From: Octopus sinensis
Lineage: Eukaryota
DNA: 64,000 bases
Assembly (NCBI RefSeq): GCF_006345805.1
Contig: NC_042999.1
Span: 126,666,001 to 126,730,000, forward strand
Direction: 5' to 3'
The position numbers and the translations under genes are program-made. Below the pieces are notes generated by a model. The model made no database searches. It was not told the DNA's origin and worked only from the letters and a program-made list of their open reading frames with translations. Below are positions 50,726 through 64,000 of this stretch, piece after piece. Position 1 is the stretch's first letter; the number at the start of each line of letters is the position of its first letter.

Positions 50726-53700
50726 ATGTCATTTTGTTTCAATTTCCCGAATCCCGAAGCTGATAATGAAAATCAGTATGAAAAAACTGGTAGTATTTCG
50801 ACGGAAAAAGGTAATTCAGTTGTTTATTAGAGACTTTTATGTAAATAATTCCTCATACACACAAGTTTTGCTTCAGATCCTACTCAAATCAACTAGGAAA
50901 CTTTTACGAAGTCGCGCTACCTGCTAGAAAGTGTTTTAGTTCTTTGATGAAAGTTGATCTCCACAGTGTACTGTCTACATCATGTTATCACACCTCTGTA
51001 CTGTTGTTGATCTCATAGATAATTTTATACAAATATGTTCTCACTTTTTATTTCTATAAATTCAAATATTTATTATTTACTTCAGAATCACCTGATCAAG
51101 ATGAAGAAGAAATACCTGCTATTGAAATGAAATTGGACTGGAAGCATCTGGTAAAAAAAAAAAAAAGAAGAGATATTGATTATTTTACTTGTTTTAGTTA
51201 TTTGACGACGGCCATGCTGGAGCACCGCTTTGAAGGTTTTGATTTTTAGTCAAACAAATCGACCACAGGACTTATTTTTAAAGCCTAATACATCTATCGG
51301 TCTCTTTTGCCTCCGAACCGTTAAGTTACGTGAACGTAAACACACCAACACCGGTTGTCAAGCGGTCATGGTGGGATGGGGGCCAAACACTCACACACAT
51401 ACAATATATATATATACACACGATGGGCTTCTTTCAGTTTCCGTCTAGCAAATCCACTCACAAAGCTTTGGTCGGATTGAGGCTATAATAGAAGACACTT
51501 GCCCAAGTGGGATTGAACCTGGAACCATGTGGTTGGGAAGCAACCACACCTCAATAATTTTATTTTTGTTTTAGTCTATTTTTCAGCATTTGCCACAATT
51601 TCTAAATATCTATAAACTACACATTTTCTTGTTTCATTTGATACTATTAACTTCAAATTTATCTCACCCTATCACGTAGTGCCTCTTGATCTTCCATATT
51701 TTTGTTGCCCTACCGAAACTAATTCATACGCAATCTTTAATCTACAATGTTGTTATTTTTAAAGATACTTCAGTACATTTCATTCCAGAAATAAACTTAC
51801 AGCGAAGTTTGGTAAGAAGCTTGCATTCCAACGACATGGTTTCGGGTTCAGCCCCAGTGCGTGGCACTTTGGGCAAGTGTCTTCTACTATAGCCTCGGGC
51901 CAACCAAAGGATTGGAAGTGGATTTGGTAGATGGAAACTGAAGGAAACCCATTTTATATACATATATATCAGGGGCGTATATTCCAGGTGTGCACTGCAC
52001 ACCCATCAAAAATGGCAAATTCATTATTGATATTAACCTTACTCATTAATTCAATCACAAATCTTATTGGAAAATTTTTGCTATACCCCTCCTTGAAATC
52101 TGGTAGCATTGGGTGTGGCAGCACACCCAATACAGCAACTACCATACGCCACTGATATGTGTGTGTTGACAACTGATGACGGTATGTTTACGTCCCCGCT
52201 TGACAACTAGTGTCGGTATGTTTACGTTCTCGTAACTTCGCAGTTCGGCAAAAGAAACCGATAGAATATGTACCAGGCTTAAAACAAAAAGTATTGGGGT
52301 CGATTCAAGGCGGTGCCTCAGCATGAGCGCAGTCTAATGACTGAAACAAGTACAAGGATATGTTCATCAATGTTCTAACCTGCATTTTCCCCTTATTAGC
52401 ATGATTTGAGTGGTTCTGCCATATAGCTTATCACTGTACGTCGTAATATCTGTCCTGCATCATATCATTTGTGAGGCCTGGCATCTTAAGATTGGATGAT
52501 CTCGTTACTTCTCATTAGTATCTTATGCGGTCTGTAAACGACACTTTCGCCTAGCATTCAATATCCATTTTAAACCACATCTATACCAATGCAGTTGTCT
52601 CCCCTACAACCATTGGTTGATTTGTACTCAACTTTGATGCGAGTTACTTTACACAACAAAAATATCAAACTTGACATATCTTTTACATTCGATATCTGTG
52701 TCTCGCTGTTGCTTATATGTTCTGCTTAAATGCAAGAAATAGAAATTATGTGGGACTTCATTAATGACAAAAACTTATTAAGGCTCAAAGAATGCGAAAT
52801 GAAATACACAAGTGAAGACAGGACAACAGTTGGAGTTTTTACTTTGTATTTTGATATTTTGGAGTTAGGACCCCTTTATCAGGACACGTGGAGAAATAGG
52901 AGATGGAATAAAGCTATCATTGTTGTTCAGATATGTAGGAGAGGGTACAGACTGATATTGTTATAGTAGCGAAATGAATTTTGTCCTTGCAGTATATAAA
53001 TTCCGAATAATTTTTAATCTGTTACTAAGATCTCCATTTTCTCTGTCATTGTTATAATTAATTTTTCTTTTTTTAGACACCATGTAAAAATCCAAATACA
53101 ATTGCATATGATTTCAATGAAACTTCAACACTTGTGAGCATCAGTCCAAAACATTTAGAAATTATTTTAAAAGAGAATAGTGAAAATTCTGAAATCACAC
53201 CCTTAAAAGAAGCTTTACAGAACCAGTGTGATCTGATTCCAAATAAATATGAAGGTAAGTATTTTTTTAGCATTGAGGAAGTGCATTTTCAAGTCGTTAA
53301 TAAAATTGACAACTTGACTAAGATTATATGAAATTGTTTAAAATATTGTTGAGTTGCCACAGAAAGCTCTGCTTGTGTAAACATGGTGTATAGATAGCTA
53401 ATGAAATATTCAGTCACATTTTCTAGCCACAGCCATTCATCAATGTTTTGGATGTGGTATTTTAAGATTAAGAACTGGAAAATATAATTTCTAATTCATT
53501 GTCACTAATGTACTTTGCATAGTGCACGAGGAGAGAGAATTTGATGGTTCAGTGGCGATGATCAGTGTAACATATGAGTAGAGAGAATGATATTAATGGC
53601 TGTAGAATGTCTATCAAGTGAAATGGTTCCAGGTAGCAAGAAAAATAAAGTGATATCAAGAGAGACCAGCGGTGAGAGGGATGTACATATTTGAATAATA

Positions 53701-56700
53701 TGAATTATAGAATTAAACCATTTAAAAAATTTATTTTGAAACTAAATTCAAATGGTTTGATATGATTTGATGCATGAAACAAAATCTAAAAATGTCTTGT
53801 GTTCTGATAACTCATCATCAGTTAGTTTTTCTTTTGGCTGTCATTATGGGCATAATCAGCTGCAGTTCTTTGGGTATTTTCAAATACAACTATTTTCCTT
53901 GTTGTTATATAATTTACCCTTAGCAAATGTAGAGAGAAAGGTAACATGTTTGTACCTCAAATGCTTCTGCTGCAAAAGAGATGACACTATTCCATTGGAG
54001 CAAAATTCAATGTAATAAAAAGCCATACACATAGTGGTAGCAATTTGCAAATTGGCAGAAATTTTAACTTTTATGAATCCATTACTAAATCCACTTACAA
54101 GGCTTCAGTTAGCCTGTGGGAATAGAAGACACTTACACAAGATACCATGCAGTGAAGAAATCTTAATTATGCATTCATGCTCACACTTGTAAGCCATGCT
54201 TGTCATTCATTCATTTTTATATCTGTTTTTCCATGCTAGCAAATGTATGTCCTCCCTATATATATATATATCTTTTATCTTGTTCCAGTCATTAGACTGT
54301 GGCCATACTGGGGTACCACCTTGAAGAATTTTTAGTCGAACGAATCAATCCCAATATTTCATTTTTAATCCTCGCACATATTCTATTGGTCTTTTTTGCT
54401 GAACCACTAAGTTATGGGACATAAACACAACAGTGGGGGACAAGCACAGACCAAAGACCTCACCACACAGATATATATATATATATATATATACACACAA
54501 ACATACATACATGATGGGCTTCTTTCAGTTTCCATTTACCAAATCCATTCACAAAGTTTTGGTTGGCCCAAGGCTATAGCAGAAAGATACTTGTCAGAGG
54601 TATTACACAGTGGGACTGAACCCGGAATCATGTGGTTAGGAAGCAAACTTCTTACCACACACCTACTCCTGTGCCTATGTGTATGTTTGTGTGTGATTGC
54701 TTGCTTACAAATACATATAACTTTTTTTTCAATTTAGGTGGACTTCAGATTTGGGAATGCAGCATAGATCTTACAAAATATATAAGTAATCAAATGCTTT
54801 CTGGATCATCAGTAGCTGAGGTAGGTATATTTTATACATTAAAGTTAATCCCCACTTATCACAAATATATCATATATATATTGGTGATGGATTCTTGTGT
54901 TGATTTTGCTGTGTGTACATTCAAGTTGTTCATTCAATAAACTGTCTACTCATTGCATTCCATAATAATACAACATTTATAGAATTTCATCGTAGGACAC
55001 AGATTAAAAAGTGCAATCTATGAATGCAACTAAAATCTAACTGTAAACGTTTCTTCACAGATTGGTTGTGGTGCAGGATTACCAGGACTGTGTGCACTGA
55101 AAAAAGGTGCTAGCACTGTACTCTTCCAAGATTTTGTAAGTATTTGTATTATATGTATGATTTCTTTTTATTTGTGTTATTTGTAACAATATTAGCACTA
55201 CATATAATAATATAACCAAAAGCTGAACTGACACCTTGGGCGAGTGTGTTCTGATCAAAGCCTTGCGAGCGGATTTGGTAGATGGACATTGAAAAAAGCC
55301 CATCATATATATGTGTGTGTCTTAGTGCATATGTTTTCCCCCTCCCGTTGCTTGATTACTGATGTTGGTGTGTTTACGTCCCTTTAACTCAGCAGTTTCT
55401 ACAAAAAAGATTGATAGAATATGTACCAGGCTTTACCAAAAAATAATAAGTACTGGGGTCGATAGGTCAGACTAAAATTCTTGAAGGTGATACCCCAGCA
55501 TGGTCACATTCTAATGAATTAAACAAGTAAAAGATAAAAGAATGGTAGGTTCTAAATGCCTTTAACTCAGACTTGTAGTAAGTTACATGTTGTTACAAAA
55601 GGAAAATGTGACGCAACATACTGGGTCACATTCTGTTAACAGGTCAGTCAATGGCATAATGTAATTGTAGTTTCATCATCATCATCGTTTAACATCCATT
55701 GTCCATGCTGGCATTGGTTGGGCAGTTTGACTAGGGCTACTAAGCTGAGGGGCTGCACTAGACTCCAGTCTGAGTTGGCATGGTTTCTATGGCTGGCTGC
55801 CCTTCCTAATGCCAACCACTCCGTGAGTGTATTGGGTGCTTTTATGTGACACCTGTATCTGCCACAACTATGATTTCACTTGGCTTGATGGGTCTTCTGC
55901 TCAAGCATGGCTTATTGCCAAAGGTCCCAGACATTTGCCTTTGCCTCTGTGAGGCCCAATGCTCAAAAGATGATTTTTACATGCCAGTTATGTGACACCG
56001 ACATTGGCATTACTTGGCTTGATGGGTCTTCTCAAGCACAGCATGCATTATTCTTTCATAGCAGACAGGGTATTTATCTTTCTTTGGTTGATTGTTTCAG
56101 ATTCATAATCACTGTGGATATTGCATTGGTTGTGACGATGCAGCACAAGATGAGACATTTTAAGTTGTCATCATCATCATCATATGTCCATGTTCCTTGG
56201 GCTAGGTGGCGTGACAGAATTCCTGGACTGAAGGATTGCATTGTGCTCCGTGGTGCTTTACAAGATGGCAACACTAAGCAGTGTTATGTATGAATACAAG
56301 GCTATTACCAGTTCAAATATACACGGGGTATATTCGAACCCATAAGAAAGCTATTCACTGTGTTATATCTTTCTTGCAGGTTCAAAAATACCTTACAGTC
56401 TGGGTAGGTGGTGCTGAGGGCTAATTTTAGGTGTACTTACACCATTTGTCTACAGTGAGAAATTTTCTCCATGACAAAGCACAGCGAATGACTTTCTTAC
56501 AGGTTTAAATTTACCCCAAGCTTATTTGAACTGGTAATAACCTTGTATTTACTGTCTACTTTGGCTTGGGGAGGTGCATAGCTTAGTAGTTAGGATGCTG
56601 GACTCATGATCATAAAATTGTGGTTTTGATTCCTGGACCAGGCAATGCATTGTATTCTTGAGCAAAATACTTCATTTCCCATTGGTCCAGTCCACTCAGC

Positions 56701-59700
56701 TGGCAAAAATGAGTATTCCTTTGATGGACTGGCATTCCATCCAGGTGGAGAATATATACGTTATGAAACTGGGAAATTGGCCCTTATGAGTTGGTATGAC
56801 CTGAGAAGGTAACTTTACTTTACTTACCTACATTGGCTTGGTTTTTGTGTCTGGATGCCCTTAGCTAATGTCAGCTATTTTACAGTTTGTATGCTTAATG
56901 TTTTTTTAATGGTGCCAGGACTAGAGAGGGTGCCATACAGCTTGCAAGACTATGAATCCTGAGAGAAGCAGTTTTATGCTAGGAGATGAGGGAAGGGGTC
57001 AGAGGAGCAGAAGTTTCTTGTTGTAGAGAGACTACATGACTGCTCACATTTAATAGAGTGTGGGGGATTAATCAGAGTGCCATGAGGAAATGGTAAAAAT
57101 AACAGTAATGTGGTGTCTGTGTGGACCCTCAAGGTACAAGCTAAGCAGGCGTGAATAGAGGCAGAAGAAATGCGGATGTGGGTGGATAGAGGTTGCAAGA
57201 GTGTATGGGAGAGTGAGGGAGGAGGATGGTTGAAGGGTTGAATATAATGAATGAAGAACAAGTGTTGAGTGGATGTTAAGTGGGGTAGGTAGGGAAAAGT
57301 AGGTGACAACTGTAGAGATTAGGTAGGGATGAGGGATGGATGCAGTGAATGGTTGATAAAGAGTGGAGGGTGACTAATGATGCATGGGTGTGAAGTGTTG
57401 TAGAATAATAGTAATGAAGGTACAATAGACAAAGGAAGTATGAGAGAGAGAGATGACAAATGGTTTGGGGTGGGATAGTTGTGAAAGTGGGTATGGGAGA
57501 GAGGTTAGTATAGTGTGTGGGGGGAGTGAGAAGTGTATGGTGGTAGAGAAGGTGAGATGATTTTGTGACTCAGGCAGGAGGAAGGCAGTGTAAAAATAGT
57601 GTGGGAAAGAGGACATTATTAAAGACAAGGGATGTATATCAAATGAAATGTTTCTGGGGATTGAAGAAGACTAGTGGTATCAATAAAATATTGAAGTTAG
57701 AGAGATGATGTGTGGTGGGGATGTCTTGAGGGAGAACTTGGGCAAAGGGCCCTAATTTATGTATATATACATACACATAGTGCTTCCAGAATTTAGTTTC
57801 ACTGAGTTAGATGGGTCTTCCAAGTATCACATGTCACTAGACATCCTGGTTCTTTGTCATTACATTTTGAGATCAAGCTTCAAAGTGAAGTTCTAAATAT
57901 ATCAAGAAAAACCAAGTGTGTGTGTGTATTTAAGAAATGTAATCATTTGCTTTTAATTTCATCACATACATAATTTAAATTAGAAAAAAAAATTCAAAAT
58001 ATGTCCATGACATAAAATTTTTGTTGATTTTTCTCTTTGAATATGTTTGGTTAATAAACAGAATCTGTTAAACAATCTCTAATATAGTTTAAAATCTTCT
58101 CTTTCCAGTGTCTGCCTGAAATAAGCTATAAAATTTATCAAATTAACTTTTATTGAATGAAATAGTAGAATCATGTTATACCTATCACTGTAGGTCTATA
58201 TATAAAATATACAGTATATTTATCTGGTTATCAGTGAATGCAATTACAGTAGTTAGTTCAGTTTTCACATTTCTGATAAAAATACCAGTAGCATACTAGG
58301 TGTTTATAAATTGAACCTAAACAAAAGAGATGTGGCAGATTTAAAATATATGACATTATATCATAAGAAACATCTTGTTTGGATAGCTCAACATTACTTA
58401 TAACATTGTATGACATCTACTCCCAGGGTAGGTCAACGTGACTTTTAGCACTGCATGACATGCTATTGTGATAGGTCAGTATCAGATATACTGGATTACT
58501 GAATATTACTGTTATTAGGTACAATACATACTATGCATTACACTTTATACACTGTGTGAAGCTAAGATGAAACAGTATATAATGAGTACACTAAACAAAC
58601 ACAGACACATATTAACATACATTTAAGCTGGCATACATATATTTCAGTGTGAAGATAATTACATTTACAGTTTAATCCTTTAGCATTCTGATTTCTTTGT
58701 CAAATGAATGGTTTATTTATTCACATTGTCTTGAATTAATCATGCATTATCTTGTAACTTCAAGATTTCAATGGTGTGTTTATATACTTTTAGAATGACA
58801 TTTTAGGGCAGAAGTGAGAGGTTGGATCTGGTCAGTTTTAACATAAAACAAGTAGAATATTTGGTTGGATTGAATAATAATAGGTTAAAACAAAATTTAC
58901 AAAAAAGAAAAATTTTATTTAAAATATATCAAAAATATAAAAATATCAATTTATTTTACAGAACAGTGAAGTACTCACCAAATTAACACTTCCAAACATT
59001 TTGCTCAATTGCTATGAAGAAAGAGAAAGATGTTATCTTTTTAGTGGAGACTGGGGTAGCCTTCCACAAGCTGTTAATCATTCTACCATTTCTCTGCAGA
59101 AGTAAGTAAAGGTACAGATGTCCCTTTCCCAATACAATACCTGTTACCATTTTAGAACTTTTATTAAACATTTCATGTATTGTAGCTAAGTTGTTAGAAT
59201 AATTGTCACATGTATGGATTTACAGTTCACATCTTGCCATTGGTACTGTTTAGAACTCTTGAATTTCAAAGTGTTAGCCCACTGTTTTTTACTGCAATAA
59301 TGTTTTTTAGTGGTTTAGTCAGAGGAAGGTTTTGTGACTAGTGGGAGAAATGGAGGAAGTTATCTTCAAACTAGGGACATGGAAGTGAGGGAAATAGGTT
59401 GATAGTTAGCAGAGCATGAGGGATTGCACTTACTGGAAATATAACTCACTGTAGTAGTGTTCCCAAAAAGCAAGAAAGATCCAGATAGATAGATTTTTAA
59501 AAAATGGGTAAAGATTTCCTTTGGTCATGAATGACCATGGAATTGCATCTAGAAAGTTCCCCTCTGAGGCACAAGTCTGGGCAAGTTGTTTACGGAAGAC
59601 CAGAAGTCGCCCACGCATATCAGCCTCCCCACTCCATGTCATTGATGTTATCCAAGGGAAAGATTGATACAGCTTAGCACCAGCGATATTGCAACTCATT

Positions 59701-60938
59701 TCTACAGCTGAGTGAACTGGAGCAATGTGAAATAAAGTGTCTTGCTCAAGAACACAAACACAGTCTCGTGCAGGAATTGAACTTACTACCTCATGATTGT
59801 GAGCCTGACATGCTAACCAGAGAGCCATGAGCCTTCACAGATAGATAAATATATATAGAGAGAAAGAAAAAGTTTGGTGAAAGTAAGGGCTAACTGTAGT
59901 GTTCATGGTTTGAGATTAGCAGAAGGGATATTGTCAGCACCTGTGGTCTTGTTGGTTTGAAGTAACAGGCACAGCCCTTACCACTGTAGTCAGTGATTAC
60001 TCCATCTGCTAGAGATAGAAGCCCAGTATCATACTGTATCATGTTAAAATAAAAACAGGAAGGATATGTTGGAAAATGTATTCTTGGGTATACAAAAACA
60101 TGTAAGGGCTATGAGTGCAATGCTTTTTGCTCCTAGGGTTGTTTGATCATGAGTGACCCAGGGGCTAAGCAATAAGTTGGAAAGTTTTGGATTGGCAATA
60201 ACATTTGAAGATATAGCAACATAGAAAGAAACTGTTTACAAAAAAGAACAAAAACTGTCATATACCCTGCTGTTAATAAAATGCTTACTGAAAGTAAACC
60301 CAATCTTTTACTTAACCCTTTTGATACCAATCTGCCCAAGACTCACCCTGATTCAAAAATACAAACTTCCTATATAAAATAATCTAAATTAAAGCACTTC
60401 CCATTAAAATTCCATGTTAATTCATGTTCCATTTATCAGATTAATAATGCTCAAGATATTTTACTAAATTTTTCCTTATTTTCAAAATTAATTGAAACAA
60501 ACGCAGTATAGTTCAACAGAAAATAGTAAGAAAAGGGTTAAACATTTTTTCCTTAATATTCCTTTTGTTGTAGGCGGCAAGCTGGCAGAAACGTTAGCAC
60601 GCCAGGTAAAATGCTTAGCGGTATTTTGTCTGTCTTTACGTTCTGAATTCAAATTCCGCCAAGGTTGACCTTGCCTTTCATCCTTTCGGGTTCAATAAAT
60701 TAAGTACCAGTTGTGTACTGGGATCGATCTAATTGACTGGCCCTCCTCCCCAAAAATTTCAGGCCTTGTACCTAGAGTAAAAAAGAATATTTCTTTTGTT
60801 GTAGGTTTGACATAATATTGACTGCAGAAACAATTTACAACACCAAAAATTACCAGAAACTGATCAACATATTTGATTTCTTACTAAAAGAAAATGGTTA
60901 CATGTATCCTTTGTTTTCTTCTAATCAACACCATCATG

Positions 60939-60969
<31 letters not shown>

Positions 60970-63015
60970 TCAGTGCAATATAGTATTATGTGATATAATA
61001 TAAAGGAGTGCATATATGGTTGTATGGATACAGAATTTACTCTGTAACCATATAGTTCTGTCTCATTCCTTGGCACCTTATGTAAATGTCTTTTACAGAA
61101 GCCACAAGTCAGCCAATACTTATGAGTAGCAAGTACCTCTGTCAGTACTCATGCAAAATTCAGGCAAACTAAATGTAAATGAAGGAAAATTAAAATTAGT
61201 AGTTAGTTATTTCAAAAGAGACACTCCATACAAACTGTAAATCCAAGGATATGTACTGATTAACAGAATGGTGCATCCATCACAGGTAATAAATGTAGAC
61301 AAATAAATGCAGGTGATGATATTACATTTATTAATCAGTTCCAATCATGTTGGCAATTAGTGGAAATGTTACATCAATCAATACATTTGGTTGCACAAAT
61401 ATAAAAGATTTATCTAAAACCATAATGCTTAGTGGAAAAGGAAATTTTCCACCAGCCATCTCATCATTCTGAGCATAAATGTTTGTGTGTGTCTGTGTGA
61501 ATAGTTGTATTCCATATCTTTGCATGAAATGATGACATGTTGACATTTCTTGTTAACAAAACATCATGTAGTGCTGTACTACTTGAAAAATATTTAAGGG
61601 TTAATGACAGTAAAATAATGCTTCAGTAATAAGCATTCATCCAACTCATGCTAGCATGGGAAAATGGACATTAAATAAATGAATGGTATTAATTCTTAAC
61701 TAACTCTCAAGTCTAATCGCTGCTAAAAACTACTATTTTGGTGTTGGAGGTGGAACTAGACAGTTTGAAGAATCACTGAAAGAGGATGGCCGTTTTACAT
61801 CCTCTGTTTGCTGGACAAAAGCTGATGGTGAGTAAAGTATAATACAAAGTGTTTGTAAAGTATTTGTGTATTTCCAATGTAATAATGTTTGCATCCAAGC
61901 AAGTATTTTAGTTAACCTTTATGATCTTTTCTAGTTATTGGGATACCTTTTGTTAAATGTTTCATTGATAAGTTAAAAGACATTGCCATATATTTAGGTT
62001 TATTAAGAATTTAATTTAAAAACTGTTAGTCACTTAATTGATATTCATTTCTGGTCATTCATATGCAGCACATGACCATACCAGTGCAGTCGTCTCTCTT
62101 GCACACCACATCTGATACTTCTTATGTACAACATTGCTCTCAGGGTGCTTACACTCTGTAGTGTGTGCACACTGATTTTACATATCCAGTGGATCATACT
62201 AGCTTCATTTCTTTCAAGCCTACGCATGTCTTCCACAGTCATGGGCCATGTTTCACTGCCGTGTAGCATGGCAGTTCACACTCATGCATCATACAATCTA
62301 CCTTTCACTATGAGTGAGAGGCTCTTTGTCACTAGTAGAGATAGGAACTTTCTGAACTTTGAAAATAATATCTTATGTTTAATTAGGGTGGCAAGCTGGC
62401 AAAATCATTAGCATGCTGGACAAAATGCTAAGCAGCATTTCATTTAAATTCTTTCAAAGTAGACTTTGCCTTTCATCCTTTTGGGGTTGAACTCTAGGGT
62501 TGATGTAATTGACATACCCTATCCCCTAAAATTGCTGGCATTGTGCCAAAATTTGAAATCAATATCTTATGTTTAAATGTTGTTTTATTCATAGCTAAAT
62601 CCTATTGTTCTTGATTCAAATTATTTGATATATTGCACTAACTAGTCAATATTTACTTAAAATAACTTAGCAATAACTCTAAGATAAATGTTAGGGAAAC
62701 AAAATACCAAATGGAAATTTTTGCCAAAAACCTTCTCTTTCTCTGACCTTTACAATCTTATTTACTTGGTCTTATAAATACATAGTTTTTTTTAAATACC
62801 AACTCTTTTACTTCAGGATTGCATTGTTATTATTGGACCTTAGTTGCCATTTTAAAAGTTATCCCTTTCTTTTGTGAAGGTTTTGTGGTTCAATTGGTAC
62901 ATTTAAAGGTTCAATCTGATCAGCTAAATCTCTATAAATCTTTCATATTGAATTAATTCTTTTGTTTTCAGGGCTCTCCCGTGAAATCATCTGTGCTCAG
63001 CGAAAGAAAACTTAA
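50726..63015 (+). CDS. METTL18: Histidine protein methyltransferase 1 homolog (METTL18/Hpm1), 9 coding exons, 294 aa
   Basis: Exons 50726-50810, 51086-51150, 53077-53254, 54738-54820, 55061-55135, 58962-59101, 60805-60903, 61712-61827, 62972-63015. Phases join, total 885 nt. Motifs: MSFCFNF, DLIPNKYEGGLQIWECSIDL, SAM-binding EIGCGAGLPG, FQDFNSEV, FSGDW, FDIILTAETIYN, AAKNYYFGVGGG. Confidence 0.93.
51970..52154. mobile_element. hAT-like MITE inserted inside a SINE
   Basis: TIRs CAGGGGCGTAT / ATACGCCACTG; interrupts the TA/TG tract of the SINE at 51805-52350. Confidence 0.75.
59492..59837 (-). mobile_element. tRNA-derived SINE (family 3) with target-site duplication
   Basis: tRNA-like head plus a CTTGAGCAAGACACTT core; flanked by CAGATAGATA at 59482-59491 and 59838-59847. 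Related copies at about 11180-11460, 27547-27790 and 56570-56830. Confidence 0.75.
60572..60790 (+). mobile_element. tRNA-derived SINE (family 2)
   Basis: ggcggcaagctggcagaa..gttctgaattcaaattccgcc..gcctttcatcctttcggg. Other copies at about 24066-24295, 35510-35700, 46430-46600, 62385-62570 and 63930-64000. Confidence 0.8.
60904..61711 (+). other. U12-type GT-AG intron in the METTL18-like gene
   Basis: 5' end GTATCCTTT at 60904, branch-like TTCTTAAC at 61693-61700, AG at 61710-61711, no long polypyrimidine tract. The junction gives NGY-I-LIAAKNYYFG in frame. Confidence 0.88.
62045..62345 (-). mobile_element. RTE LINE RT C-terminal fragment
   Basis: MLHGSETWPMTVEDMRRLERNEASM..RRLHWYGHVLHM. 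Confidence 0.8.
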
Positions 63016-64000
63016 TTGTATTAAAGCTATAATTCTAAAAAGTTGTTTGTTATTTTTTAAAAGAAGGAATGATGAGTAATTGAAATATTTTATCTTTTAC
63101 TTGTTTCAGTCATAAGACTGTGATCATGCTGGAACACTGCCTTGAAGAATTTTCTTAGTTGAATGAATATTGACCCTAGTACTTACATTTTTTTAAAGCC
63201 TGGTATTTATTCTATCAATCTATTTTGCTGAACCACCAAGTTACAGGTTCTCAAGCAGCGGTAGGGGACACACACACACACATGCGATGGGCTACTTTCA
63301 GTTTCCAACTACCAAATCCACCCAAGGCTTTGGTCAGTTCAACACTATAGAAGACATCTGCTCAAGATGCCAATGCAGTGGGACTGAACTTAGGACCATA
63401 TGGTTGGGAAGCAAGCTTCTTACTACATAACCACACCTGCACCTACATATTGATGAATTTTAAAATTCACATTTATGTTATCAAAACCTTATTATACATG
63501 ATGGCTTTAATTGACACCAGGTATGGATGACCATTTTTGAGAAGCAATTTGAATGAGACATAGCTCATAATCAGGTGGGTTGCAATACTTAAAAAATTCA
63601 GGGTAGTAAGGACTTGGAAAATGGCTTGAATTAAATGATATGAATGCAGCAAAAATTGTAGTAGTAATTAGTAATGGTGTTAACCAAAGTCTGTTTCCAC
63701 CATTTATAGATGGTTTGGTGATTTTTAATTGATATGCAGTATCATCAAAATATTGAATCAGACCAAATGATAAAATCACAAAAGGCGCAGTTGGATCTTT
63801 AGCTGTTAATGCTGAATGGCATCTGGTTGTTGAAAATGTCACTCAACTTATTCTGACCTATGCAAGCATGGAAAAGTGGATGTTAAAATGATGATGATGT
63901 TTGGTTTTCTTTAATCACCTCTACTAATAATAATAGTTTCAAGTTTTGGCACAAGGTCAGCAATTTCAGAGGAGGGGTAAGTTGATTACATCAACCTCAG

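Noticed and set aside
56960-57750. Pro/Ser/His-rich ORFs in a purine-rich tract (similar tract at 29970-30470)
   Set aside because: Low-complexity decayed repeat; I could not assign any domain.
60904-61003. Poly-His C-terminus of METTL18 in the ORF track
   Set aside because: Read-through into an intronic CAT/CAC microsatellite; the conserved C-terminus lies in the exons at 61712 and 62972.

Overview
AT-rich, intron-rich animal genomic DNA. The SINE/MITE/LINE repertoire suggests a coleoid cephalopod, probably Octopus (inference). Four protein-coding genes can be assembled by hand. (1) An LRRC14/PRAME-family LRR gene on + (CDS 11836-23199, 4 coding exons, 483 aa). (2) An intronless, divergent RPL31 copy on - (15170-15535), nested antisense in an intron of that gene inside a CpG-retaining island and between two foldback elements. 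(3) A GTF3C4 (TFIIIC90)-like gene on - (50571-26543, 19 coding exons, 726 aa). (4) A METTL18-like histidine methyltransferase on + (50726-63015, 9 coding exons, 294 aa), head-to-head with GTF3C4 with only 154 bp between the ATGs. The main observation is that each head-to-head gene needs one minor-spliceosome (U12-type) intron to give a correct protein: an AT-AC intron in GTF3C4 (29688-28196) and a GT-AG U12 intron in METTL18 (60904-61711). The rest is SINEs, MITEs, decayed RTE, Tx1, HERO- and R4-type retroelements, a Tc1 transposase relic and microsatellites. A possible further minus-strand transcript in the first 6.4 kb could not be resolved. Homology calls come from remembered motifs, not database searches.
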